In this document: piece after piece, positions 1 to 8,252 of the stretch
Layout of the letters: every line of letters begins with the position of its first letter
Position numbering within the stretch: the stretch's first letter is position 1
Origin: an archaeon
GTDB lineage: Archaea; Nanobdellota; Nanobdellia; Pacearchaeales; GW2011-AR1
DNA: 64,000 bases
Assembly (NCBI GenBank): GCA_024278335.1
Contig: JAJRTJ010000001.1
Location: 26,481-90,480 of the forward strand
Reading direction: 5' to 3'
Made by a program: the position numbers and the translations under genes
Notes under the pieces: model-generated
What the model saw: the letters and a program-made list of their open reading frames with translations, nothing else
Databases searched by the model: none
Told to the model about the DNA's origin: nothing

Positions 1-294
1 ATTAAAAATATCTTTTGCAACATCACCTGCAACAATGATTATCTTGTCCGCTTTTTCTAATAATTTAGCACTAACTCCTTGCGATTTTATTTTAAACCTA
101 ATTCCATGCTTCTTCTTTAAATATCTGTTTCTTTCTTTTTCTCCGAAACTTAATGGATTATTCATTTCAATAATCCCCGAACTCCTTGCTTTCATTAGCC
201 TATTTTTATTTATTTGCTTAAAATATGCTTCAGCAATCTTGCTTCTAAAGCGATTATATTTACATACAAACAAAACTTCCCTCTTTTTTTTCAT
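1..294 (-). CDS. Low-molecular-weight phosphotyrosine phosphatase / ArsC-type reductase family protein (C-terminus runs off the window)
   Basis: My translation of the minus strand from ATG 292-294 gives MKKKREVLFVCKYNRFRSKIAEAYF... It carries the CX5R(S) P-loop motif (C-KYNRF-R-S) and is a paralog of 60572..60961. It is absent from the ORF track because no stop lies inside the window. Confidence 0.7.
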   Translation of the reverse strand, partial: MKKKREVLFVCKYNRFRSKIAEAYFKQINKNRLMKARSSGIIEMNNPLSFGEKERNRYLKKKHGIRFKIKSQGVSAKLLEKADKIIIVAGDVAKDIFN

Positions 295-344
295 ATACAA
301 CAAAACCTAAAAAAGTTTTTAAATTATTACTTTAATCAAAAACT

Positions 345-728
345 ATGCAAAATTATTCATTTGAAGGATTAGGTTATGTTGGGGATATCCTCTGCGGAGA
401 TTTCTCTTTGGACTTTTTTCTTTCCCCTAATTTAGATGATTCTTCTTCAAGAGATGTTGCAAGAAAATTTAAGATAAGATTTGATTTAAGAAAAATAGCA
501 AGATTAGAATTAGAGGATTTTTTAACTTATAATCAAGATGACCCATTATTTGAAAAAATGTGGGGTTTGATAAGGAGAAATCCAACTTGCTTTATCGCAG
601 GCCATGGTTTTTATGATGAATTCGGACAATGGTCAACACAAGCAGATAATCCAAGGGGGTTGAGAGATGTTCCTATTGTGGATTTGGTTGCTGATGCTCA
701 TTTTACTGGAACAGGGTTGTTTTTTTAA
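345..728 (+). CDS. Hypothetical protein; reading frame appears to continue to 865 after a -1 shift in a T7 run (720-726)
   Basis: Track ORF of 127 aa. The -1 frame after the T run reads ...FFLNCCNPRGHLLKKELSQGVIFPSGVYGRFTDSGKKRWRMIVRPPLS*, with its stop at 863-865. Confidence 0.4.
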   Translation: MQNYSFEGLGYVGDILCGDFSLDFFLSPNLDDSSSRDVARKFKIRFDLRKIARLELEDFLTYNQDDPLFEKMWGLIRRNPTCFIAGHGFYDEFGQWSTQADNPRGLRDVPIVDLVADAHFTGTGLFF

Positions 729-896
729 ATTGTTGTAATCCAAGAGGCCATCTCTTGAAAAAAGAACTTTCTCAAGGAGTAATTTTTCCTTCTGGAGTTT
801 ATGGAAGATTTACTGATTCTGGGAAAAAAAGATGGAGAATGATAGTTCGCCCCCCACTTTCATAAAACTTAAAATCTCTTGTTTTCTTTATTAATT

Positions 897-1697
897 ATGT
901 ATAACAAATATTTAATCATTGCATCAAAAAAAGACAAGGCAGGAATAAACATAACCACTTCTTTAAGCCAGTTTGGAAACTTTAATTTTCATTTAGTTGA
1001 AGAAGATATCTTGCATAAAGAAAATTTAGATTTAGAAAGAATTTCTCAGTTTGATTTTATAATTTTTGCTTCAAAACACCAATCTGAAAAAAAAGAAAAA
1101 ACACTTTCAATTCATGTTCCAGGCAATCCATATCCAAGAGCAGATGCAGGAGGAGAGCCAAATAAAGTCTGTCAAGGCTCAGCTTTGTTTAATAAGCAAT
1201 TGTTTGAGAATCTCCAGACCATTGCAAAAGAACACGAACTTGACAAAAAATATAAGATAACTTTAGAAGGCACTCACCATGGGCCTTTAATTAACAAGCC
1301 ATGTGCTTTTATTGAAATTGGCTCAACAGATTTTGAATGGTCTGATAGAAAAGCAGCATTTGTTATTGCAAAAACAATTAAAAAAACCATTGAAGAATTT
1401 AAGGAAAATCCCTACAATGAAATAGCAATTGGAATCGGGGGTCCGCACTACTGCCCTAATTTTAATAAATTGCAGGGAAATTCAAATATTGCTTTAGCTC
1501 ATATAATCCCTCAATATGCTCTGTCATTGACAGAAGAGGTTTTAAAAGAAGTTTTAGATAAAACACAAGAAGAAGTTGATTTCGCAGTTTTAGATTGGAA
1601 GGGGTTGGGAAAATCTGCCCAAAGACAAGAAGTTATTGACTTGCTTGAAAAAAACTATGTTTCTTGGAAAAAGACAAGCGAAATTAAAAAAACTTAA
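897..1697 (+). CDS. dtdA: D-aminoacyl-tRNA deacylase, archaeal DTD2 type
   Basis: About 267 aa from ATG 897 (the track start at 879 is TTG). Motifs SIHVPGN..AGGEP and IGIGGPHYCPNF, and the length, fit archaeal DtdA as I recall the family. Confidence 0.7.
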   Translation: MYNKYLIIASKKDKAGINITTSLSQFGNFNFHLVEEDILHKENLDLERISQFDFIIFASKHQSEKKEKTLSIHVPGNPYPRADAGGEPNKVCQGSALFNKQLFENLQTIAKEHELDKKYKITLEGTHHGPLINKPCAFIEIGSTDFEWSDRKAAFVIAKTIKKTIEEFKENPYNEIAIGIGGPHYCPNFNKLQGNSNIALAHIIPQYALSLTEEVLKEVLDKTQEEVDFAVLDWKGLGKSAQRQEVIDLLEKNYVSWKKTSEIKKT

Positions 1698-1721
1698 ATA
1701 ATCACTTGATTTTTAAAAAAT

Positions 1722-2315
1722 ATGGATAAGAGCTTAAAAGAAAAAATAAAATTTCTTGACCCAAAATTAAGAGACAAGATTGAAGGCATGTTTAATCATA
1801 TGTATGATTCAATTTCTCTTCTTTATGACGCTGCAACAAGAGATGAAAAAACTGGATTGTATAACACAAGATTTTTTGAAACAATTTTTTCTATGGAAAC
1901 TGAAAAAGCAAAAAGAGGACAGCAAAATCTTTCGTTGATTATCTTAGATATAGATTTTTTTAAAAAAATAAATGATAAATATGGGCATGTTCTTGCAGAT
2001 GATTTATTAAAACAACTTGCAAAAGTTATGGTAAAAAATGCAAGAACCGCAGATACTGTTACGAGATTTGGAGGAGAGGAATTTTTGATTCTTTTGCCGG
2101 AAACAAATCTTTCTCAAGCAAAAAGATTTGCAAAAAGATTGCAGAATGCAATTCATAAAGACCGGCTTTTGAAAAAATACAAAGTTACTGCTAGTGGAGG
2201 AATTACTCAATATAGAAAACAAAGAGACTCTAAAAAATCAATGAAGTCAAGAGCAGATAAAGCACTATACCAAGCCAAGAATTCTGGAAGAGATAGATTT
2301 ATTGTCTTGAAATAG
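1722..2315 (+). CDS. GGDEF-domain diguanylate cyclase (short N-terminal region plus catalytic domain)
   Basis: Active-site GGEEF in RFGGEEFLILLPET. An I-site RxxD (RTAD) lies 5 residues upstream. Also DIDFFKKINDKYGH and the C-terminal ALYQAKNSGRDR typical of GGDEF domains. Confidence 0.85.
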   Translation: MDKSLKEKIKFLDPKLRDKIEGMFNHMYDSISLLYDAATRDEKTGLYNTRFFETIFSMETEKAKRGQQNLSLIILDIDFFKKINDKYGHVLADDLLKQLAKVMVKNARTADTVTRFGGEEFLILLPETNLSQAKRFAKRLQNAIHKDRLLKKYKVTASGGITQYRKQRDSKKSMKSRADKALYQAKNSGRDRFIVLK

Positions 2316-2360
2316 CAAATACATAATCTTTTAAAATAGAATTATTCTTTAAATTACATG

Positions 2361-2442
2361 CCCAGGTCGCATAGTGGTTAGTGCACCGGTTTGCTAAACC
2401 GGGCCCTTCGGGGCTCGCAGGTTCAATTCCTGCCCTGGGCGT
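2361..2442 (+). tRNA. tRNA-Ser (anticodon GCU), type II with long variable arm
   Basis: Hand fold: acceptor GCCCAGG/CCTGGGC+G, D stem GCAT/GTGC, anticodon stem CCGGT/ACCGG, loop TTGCTAA. The variable arm is GCCCTTCGGGGCT (UUCG hairpin) and the T arm is GCAGG-TTCAATT-CCTGC. Confidence 0.9.
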
Positions 2443-2496
2443 TAAAACCAATCTTGTCCAAAACCTTTAAAAGCAAGTAGCAAGTTTAATTTTTAT

Positions 2497-2615
2497 AGCG
2501 GGGTGGAGCAGTCTGGAGTGCTCGTCGGGCCCATAAGCAAAGCCGTAGGCTTTCCTTTCCTACGCGTTTGCATAGGAAACCCGGAGGTCGTGTGGTTCAA
2601 ATCCCACCCCCGCTA
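2497..2615 (+). tRNA. Initiator tRNA-Met (anticodon CAU) with a ~43-nt intron at the canonical 37/38 position
   Basis: A1:U72 pair (AGCGGGG/CCCCGCT+A) and three G:C pairs closing the anticodon stem (TCGGG/CCCGG). The loop is CCCATA|intron|A and the T loop is TTCAAAT. Oddities: C at position 33 and a 1-nt bulge in the T stem (GTG-T-GG/CCCAC). Confidence 0.8.
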
Positions 2616-2691
2616 TTATACAATCTCCCCCGATTGAAGAACTCGTCCAATTATCAACAACCCTTAAATACTCTCGGCCCTTTTTTCTTAA

Positions 2692-3363
2692 ATGAACCTC
2701 TTAAAATTAGGGATTGATGATGCTGGCAGAGGACCAGTTATTGGGCCGATGATTCTTGCAGGATGTTTATTAACAAAAGAGGCAGAAAAAGAATTAGAAA
2801 AATTAGGAGTAAAAGACAGCAAGCAATTGACTCCAAAAAGAAGGGAATTTCTTGCAGGCGAAATAAAAAAAAGAGCTACTGCTTATGAAATCCAAAAAGT
2901 CTTTCCTGACGAGATAGATTCCTCTCAAGAAAAAGGGACAAAGCTCAATGAACTTGAAGCAATGAAAATAGCTAAAATAATCAACAAATTAAACAATCAA
3001 AAACAAGACATAAAAGTTATAGTGGACTGCCCCTCTGTAAGCATAGTCAAGTGGGAGGCATTTTTAAAACAGCATATTAAAAATCTCTCAACTTTGATAA
3101 TTTCCTGCGAGCACAAGGCAGATGCAAAACATATCTCAGTTTCTGCAGCATCTATTTTAGCTAAATCAATGAGAGAAAAAGAAATGAATAAAATAAAGCA
3201 AGAATATGGAGAAGAAGTCGGTTCTGGATACACCTCTGACCCATTAACTCAAAAATTCATTAAAAAATATGCAGAAAAATATGCAAATAAGGGAATTTTT
3301 AGAAAATGCTGGGAGACTTATAAAAATGCTTTGCATGAAAAAGCACAAACTACTTTATCTTAA
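2692..3363 (+). CDS. rnhB: Ribonuclease HII
   Basis: N-terminal GIDDAGRGPVIGPM and ...ASILAK...GSGYTSDP motifs of RNase HII; 223 aa. Confidence 0.9.
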   Translation: MNLLKLGIDDAGRGPVIGPMILAGCLLTKEAEKELEKLGVKDSKQLTPKRREFLAGEIKKRATAYEIQKVFPDEIDSSQEKGTKLNELEAMKIAKIINKLNNQKQDIKVIVDCPSVSIVKWEAFLKQHIKNLSTLIISCEHKADAKHISVSAASILAKSMREKEMNKIKQEYGEEVGSGYTSDPLTQKFIKKYAEKYANKGIFRKCWETYKNALHEKAQTTLS

Positions 3364-3394
3364 TCTTTAAAAACAAAATTCTCCTAAAACAATC

Positions 3395-6253
3395 ATGGTT
3401 TATATTAAAAAATTGGTGATGCACGGATTTAAGAGTTTTGTTAAAAAAACAGAGCTTCCGTTTACTCCAGGAATCAATGTAATTCTTGGTCCAAATGGTT
3501 CAGGAAAATCAAATGTTTCTGATGCGCTTTGTTTTGTTTTGGGAAGATTAAGCATAAAATCCTTAAGAGCTGCAAAAGCAAAAAACCTGATTTTTATGGG
3601 TTCAAAAACAGCAGGACCTGCAAAAGAAGCTTCAGTAGAAATTATTTTTGATAATTCTGATAAAGTTTTTTCAATTGATTCAAAAGAAATTTCTTTAAAG
3701 AGGATTGTTAAAAGAAATGGCTCCAGTATTTACAAAATAAACAACCAGACAAAAACAAGGCAGGAAGTTCTTTCTCTTTTAGCTCAGGCAGGACTAGACC
3801 CAAATGGGTTTAATATTATTCTTCAGGGGGAAATCCAAAATTTTGTCAAGATGCAGACAGAAGAAAGAAGAAAAATTATTGAAGAAGTTGCAGGAATTTC
3901 AATCTATGAAATGAGAAAGGCAAAATCCCTAAAAGAACTTGAGAAAACAGAGGCAAGGTTAAAAGAAGTAACAACTGTTTTAAAGGAAAGAACTGCTTTT
4001 TTAAATAATCTTGAAAAAGAAAGGCAACAAGCTTTGAAATTCAAGAAATTAGAAAAAGATGTTAAAGTATTCAAAAAAAGTATTCTTTCTTATGATTTAA
4101 TAAAAAAACAAAAGCAAGTAGAAAAAGTCCAATCTGCAATAAAAGAGAATCAGGAAAAAATTGCTAAACTTAAAAAGAAAATACTTGCCCTTAAATCAGA
4201 AATATCTGAATCTGAAGCAAAGATTGTCTCAGTTAATTCTAAAATGCAAAAAGAAACTGGTCTTCAGCAAGAACAACTTAATAAAGAAATGGCAAATATC
4301 CGGGCAGATTTAGCAGGGCTTACAGTTAAGAAAGAGGGTAATGAAAGAAAACTCTCTTCCGTTGAAAAGCAAAAAAGGGATTTGTTTGAATCAATTCAGG
4401 AAATTGAAAAAACTCTCAAAGAGCTTCAAAGAGAATCTCCTTCTATTGAAAAAAATCAAAAGCAAATTGAGGCAAAAAAACTTGAATTAGAATTTCTTGA
4501 AAAAGAAAGAAAAAAATTTTACATGACTCGTTCAGAATTAAAAACTCTTGAATCGCGGATTCAGGATAAAAAGAATCTGCTTCAAAATTACATCAATGAG
4601 GCAGATTTTTTACTAAAGCAAATAAATTCCCTTTCTCTTGACCTTTTTGATTCTCGCTCTACTCCAGAAATACTCAATAAATTAAAGACTATTTTATCTG
4701 AGAAAAGAAAGCAATTAGAAGAGCTTAATTCAAGAGAAAGGGAGCTGGAAAAAATTTCTCATACAAATGAATATGAAATTGAAAATCAAAAAAAGATTAT
4801 TGAGCAAATCTCTAAGATAGATATCTGCCCTATGTGCAAGAGCAAGATAACTCAAGAACATGTTTGTTCTATAAAAACTGAAATATCTCCAAAATTAGAA
4901 AAATTAGAAAAAGAAATTTCTGATGCAGATGCAGAATTAACTGCACTTTATAATAAAAGAGAGATATTGAAAGAAGACATAGAGCAATTGTCAAACGAGA
5001 TTTCCAGAAGAGAATCTGATATTTTAAAAATTGCAAATATTGAGGGAAAAAAACAGCAGATTAAGGTCCTGCAGGAAAAAATAGACCAGATAAAAGAGGA
5101 GCTGGATTCTTTGGCTAAAAAAAGAAAAAGTCTTGAAGAAAGTTTTGATGAAAATTCTAATATTGAGCATAGATATGAAACATTGCAGTTAGAAGTGCAG
5201 GAGATTTCTCTTAGGACAAAGGAAAATGTAACTTCAGAGATTTCATTTAAGCAAAAAGAATTAGAACGAGCCAAAATATCTTTAAAGCAATTAAAAAGAG
5301 AAAAAGAAGATATTCAAGAAGAATTAAAAGGGCTGGAAAACAGTATAAAAGAAAACCAAAATCTTCTTGAAGCAAAAAGACAGCAAGAAGCAGAACTGAC
5401 TAAAAAATATGAAAAATTAATAAGAGAAAGAGAGGATATTCAAAAACAGATTAGAGAAAAAGAAATTCTTTTGACTGAAAAAAATAATCATGTTTCAAAT
5501 ATTGAAGCAGAGATAAATAACTTGAATGTTGAAAAAGCAAGGCATAGTGCAGAGTTAGAAGCATTAGAAATGGAGCTTTTAGAATTTCCAAACATTGAAA
5601 TTATTAAGGCAAGCAGAGATGTTTTAATGAAGAAGCTCGCTAAAACCCAGGATATTCTTTCAAAAATAGGGTCTGTAAATATGAGAGCTCTTGAGACTTA
5701 CGACGAAGTGAAAGAAGAATATGATAAAATTCAGGAAAAAGTAGAAATTATTGAAAAAGAAAAACAAGGAATTTTTAAGATTATTCATGAAATTGATGTA
5801 AAAAAGAAAAAAGCCTTTCTTTCTACACTTGCTGACCTCAATGAAATTTTCTCTCGGAATTTTGCACAAATTTCAACCAAAGGCACGGTTTCTCTTGAAA
5901 TTGAAAACAAAAAACACCCTTTTGAAGCAGGGGTCAACATTATTGTAAAAACAGGGCATGGAAAATATTTTGATGTAACCTCTCTTTCAGGCGGAGAGCA
6001 GACAATGGTTGCACTCTCTTTAATTTTTGCAATTCAAGAATTAAAACCATATTACTTTTATATTTTAGATGAAATAGATGCAGCACTTGATAAAAGAAAT
6101 TCAAATCGCCTTGCAGGATTATTAAATAAATACATGGAAAAAGGGCAGTATATAATTATCACACACAATGATGAGATAATCTCAAATGCAACTAATCTCT
6201 ATGGAGTTTCAATGCATGACGGGATTTCTAAGGTAGTTAGTTTGAAAATATGA
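3395..6253 (+). CDS. smc: SMC-family chromosome-organisation ATPase with a central CxxC (zinc-hook-like) motif and no recognisable hinge
   Basis: SMC-type head: FKSF...GPNGSGKSNVSDALCFVLG (Walker A), ILQGEIQNF (Q-loop), LSGGEQTMVALSLIFAIQ (signature) and YILDEIDAALD (Walker B/D-loop). Long heptad-rich K/E/L arms. CPMC lies at aa 478-481 of 952 (nt 4826-4837). Confidence 0.85.
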   Translation: MVYIKKLVMHGFKSFVKKTELPFTPGINVILGPNGSGKSNVSDALCFVLGRLSIKSLRAAKAKNLIFMGSKTAGPAKEASVEIIFDNSDKVFSIDSKEISLKRIVKRNGSSIYKINNQTKTRQEVLSLLAQAGLDPNGFNIILQGEIQNFVKMQTEERRKIIEEVAGISIYEMRKAKSLKELEKTEARLKEVTTVLKERTAFLNNLEKERQQALKFKKLEKDVKVFKKSILSYDLIKKQKQVEKVQSAIKENQEKIAKLKKKILALKSEISESEAKIVSVNSKMQKETGLQQEQLNKEMANIRADLAGLTVKKEGNERKLSSVEKQKRDLFESIQEIEKTLKELQRESPSIEKNQKQIEAKKLELEFLEKERKKFYMTRSELKTLESRIQDKKNLLQNYINEADFLLKQINSLSLDLFDSRSTPEILNKLKTILSEKRKQLEELNSRERELEKISHTNEYEIENQKKIIEQISKIDICPMCKSKITQEHVCSIKTEISPKLEKLEKEISDADAELTALYNKREILKEDIEQLSNEISRRESDILKIANIEGKKQQIKVLQEKIDQIKEELDSLAKKRKSLEESFDENSNIEHRYETLQLEVQEISLRTKENVTSEISFKQKELERAKISLKQLKREKEDIQEELKGLENSIKENQNLLEAKRQQEAELTKKYEKLIREREDIQKQIREKEILLTEKNNHVSNIEAEINNLNVEKARHSAELEALEMELLEFPNIEIIKASRDVLMKKLAKTQDILSKIGSVNMRALETYDEVKEEYDKIQEKVEIIEKEKQGIFKIIHEIDVKKKKAFLSTLADLNEIFSRNFAQISTKGTVSLEIENKKHPFEAGVNIIVKTGHGKYFDVTSLSGGEQTMVALSLIFAIQELKPYYFYILDEIDAALDKRNSNRLAGLLNKYMEKGQYIIITHNDEIISNATNLYGVSMHDGISKVVSLKI

Positions 6254-6297
6254 TTGTGATTTTTATATGAATTAGCTTAAGGTTGCAAACAAAATCT

Positions 6298-6852
6298 TTA
6301 ATACAGCTCCACTGTGCGAATACCTCTTTCTATGCTCGTAGGAGAAATTAATTCCTTTAATCTTCCCTTCATAAGATTAAAACCCTCCTTTCCAAAAATT
6401 ATCTTTTTTTCAACAAGATGGTAATATGTAAATTCTCTTGGAAATTCATCTCTTAACCTAAAATTAGGGGCTTCCACCGCCCCCCTTTTATGCCGGGGAT
6501 TTTCAACCCATGGCAGGATTCTTTCCCCCCTCAAATAAGTCAATAAATCTCTTGGAGTGGAGCGATTATTTAAACAAAGGGGAAAATAAACTCTTTTACA
6601 ATGTCTACCCAATCTATCTGAAATATTCTCCCACACAATAACAATCTTCCTTGATTCTTCTTCAGGATTAGCAACAAGTCTTTTATAAGCTTCTTCTCTT
6701 TCACTTATGGACAAATCTTCTTTAATATTTGGAGGAACAAACTCTTTTCTAATTCTTTTTATTCTTCTTTTTCCTTCGTATAAATCAATCCCTGGAGCAT
6801 CTAACCTCCTTGGTTTGTTTTTACTTTTTGTTGTTCTTTGAGCAAGATTCAT
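6298..6852 (-). CDS. Hypothetical protein
   Basis: Track ORF 6298..6927. The more likely start is ATG 6852 (MNLAQRTTK...), because the first 25 codons overlap the tail of the upstream TrmB-like reading frame. No family recognised. Confidence 0.45.
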   Translation of the reverse strand: MNLAQRTTKSKNKPRRLDAPGIDLYEGKRRIKRIRKEFVPPNIKEDLSISEREEAYKRLVANPEEESRKIVIVWENISDRLGRHCKRVYFPLCLNNRSTPRDLLTYLRGERILPWVENPRHKRGAVEAPNFRLRDEFPREFTYYHLVEKKIIFGKEGFNLMKGRLKELISPTSIERGIRTVELY

Positions 6853-6892
6853 AAAAATAAGGCAGAATATTTGATTTAAAAAGATTTCTTTT

Positions 6893-7609
6893 CTAACTTT
6901 TTTTCGCAACTTTCCACAATAACTCAAAATATTTTTTATATCCTTCGCTGACTTCTGAATTTTTAATTACAATCACAAAAGGATTTTCTTTGCTCCACAA
7001 GATTATTGCAACTTTTTCTCCATAAATATTTACTGCAAGAGGGGAGGCGTATTTTTGAGGAAGAAATTTTATTTATGATAAAGGGATTTTGGGAGTTTTC
7101 TTTGCTCTTTGATTGAAGATTATTCTTGTTTTAATTTTTCTTTTTTTCCTCTTTTCATCAAACCATTTAAAATAAAATTGCAATACTTCATGAGCCAGAG
7201 GAGAAGCCCCTAAAATTAAAATTTCTTCCCCAGTTTCAATCTGGTCTTCAAAAACAGTTTTTAACCCAAGTTTCCCTCTGTAAAAGTTAGTCTCTTCTTT
7301 TTTCTTAACTTGCTCATAATTTAAAAGCATCTCCGGCATAATTTCTTCTAATTTTTTTTCTTTTTCTTTTATGATTTCCATAAATCTTTTTGGATTTGCT
7401 GCTTTGAAGATTTTTCTTCTATTTTTTAAAATATATCCTACTAATCCTTTTTTAATAAGCATTTCAATACTATCATAAACAGTTCTGCGATGAAGTCCTG
7501 TTTTTTGAGAAATAATTCCTGCTAAACATGGTCCTTGGGTGAGCAAGGCAGAGTAAACTTTTGCCTCGTTTTTTGTAAGACCAAATTCAATTAAAATCAC
7601 TTCTTTCAT
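6893..7609 (-). pseudogene. TrmB-family transcriptional regulator interrupted by an in-frame TAA (7073-7075); the homologous reading frame continues to TAG at 6893-6895
   Basis: N-terminal wHTH: FGLTKNEAKVYSALLTQGPCLAGIISQKTGLHRRTVYDSIEMLIKKGLV. After the stop the same frame reads IKFLPQKYASPLAVNIYGEKVAIILWSKENPFVIVIKNSEVSEGYKKYFELLWKVAKKS*. This looks like the end of a TrmB C-terminal domain, for a total of 238 codons. Confidence 0.65.
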
Positions 7610-7718
7610 AATTAATTTATTTCTTTGAAGATTATAAATCTTGTGGTAATCTTTTTCACCACAATACTTAATATACTCTTTAAGGTTATCTATTATTAGT
7701 TAAATAATTAAAAATAAA

Positions 7719-8207
7719 ATGAGAGATTTGCAGAGAAAAATATTGGAATTAATTGCAACAGACAGAATTGCTATTCCAATAAAATCTATTGCAGGAAAAA
7801 TAGACAGAACAAGGCCAAAATTAGGAAAAGAAATTAATTCCGCTGGTTTTGAAGGGGAGTTTGTTGGAGATAGATGTTATGCAAGAGTTGAAGTGGAAAA
7901 TGTTGAAAAATCAAGAAGGATTTCAGAAGCAGTTGAAGAATTTTGCCAGGAGCATCCAAGATATGGGGATATTTTAAAAGGAAAAATTGCAGAAAAAAGA
8001 GTTCAGGCAGAAACTCATCTTTACTTTGGAATGAATCAAGGATGTAGATTAACTTCCGAGGATTATATGCAAGTATTAACAAATATGGGGTTTACACCTG
8101 CAACTGCAAGGGGCCTTTATTCTGAATTAATTGAAGTTTCAAGAAAAATTTCCAGAAAAAGAGTCCAATTTCAGGAAGAAACTGAAAGAAGTGTTTTAAT
8201 AGGATAA
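7719..8207 (+). CDS. Hypothetical protein
   Basis: Track ORF of 162 aa with balanced composition; no motif recognised. Confidence 0.4.
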   Translation: MRDLQRKILELIATDRIAIPIKSIAGKIDRTRPKLGKEINSAGFEGEFVGDRCYARVEVENVEKSRRISEAVEEFCQEHPRYGDILKGKIAEKRVQAETHLYFGMNQGCRLTSEDYMQVLTNMGFTPATARGLYSELIEVSRKISRKRVQFQEETERSVLIG

Positions 8208-8252
8208 TCTTTAAAACAATAAATAAAAAAATAAAAAATAAAAAAAAGAAAA

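Noticed and set aside
1066-1260. Track ORF 1066..1260 (+) and the TTG-extended starts of several genes (879, 17618, 26775, 30622, 37408, 52622).
   Set aside because: The internal out-of-frame ORF lies within dtdA. The extended starts overlap upstream genes or lack sense, and downstream ATG codons with better context were preferred.
8208-8252. A-rich tract (aaataaaaaaataaaaaataaaaaaaag) as a possible repeat element.
   Set aside because: It is a simple poly-A/T spacer between convergent genes, consistent with archaeal oligo-T termination on the minus strand. It is not a structured repeat.
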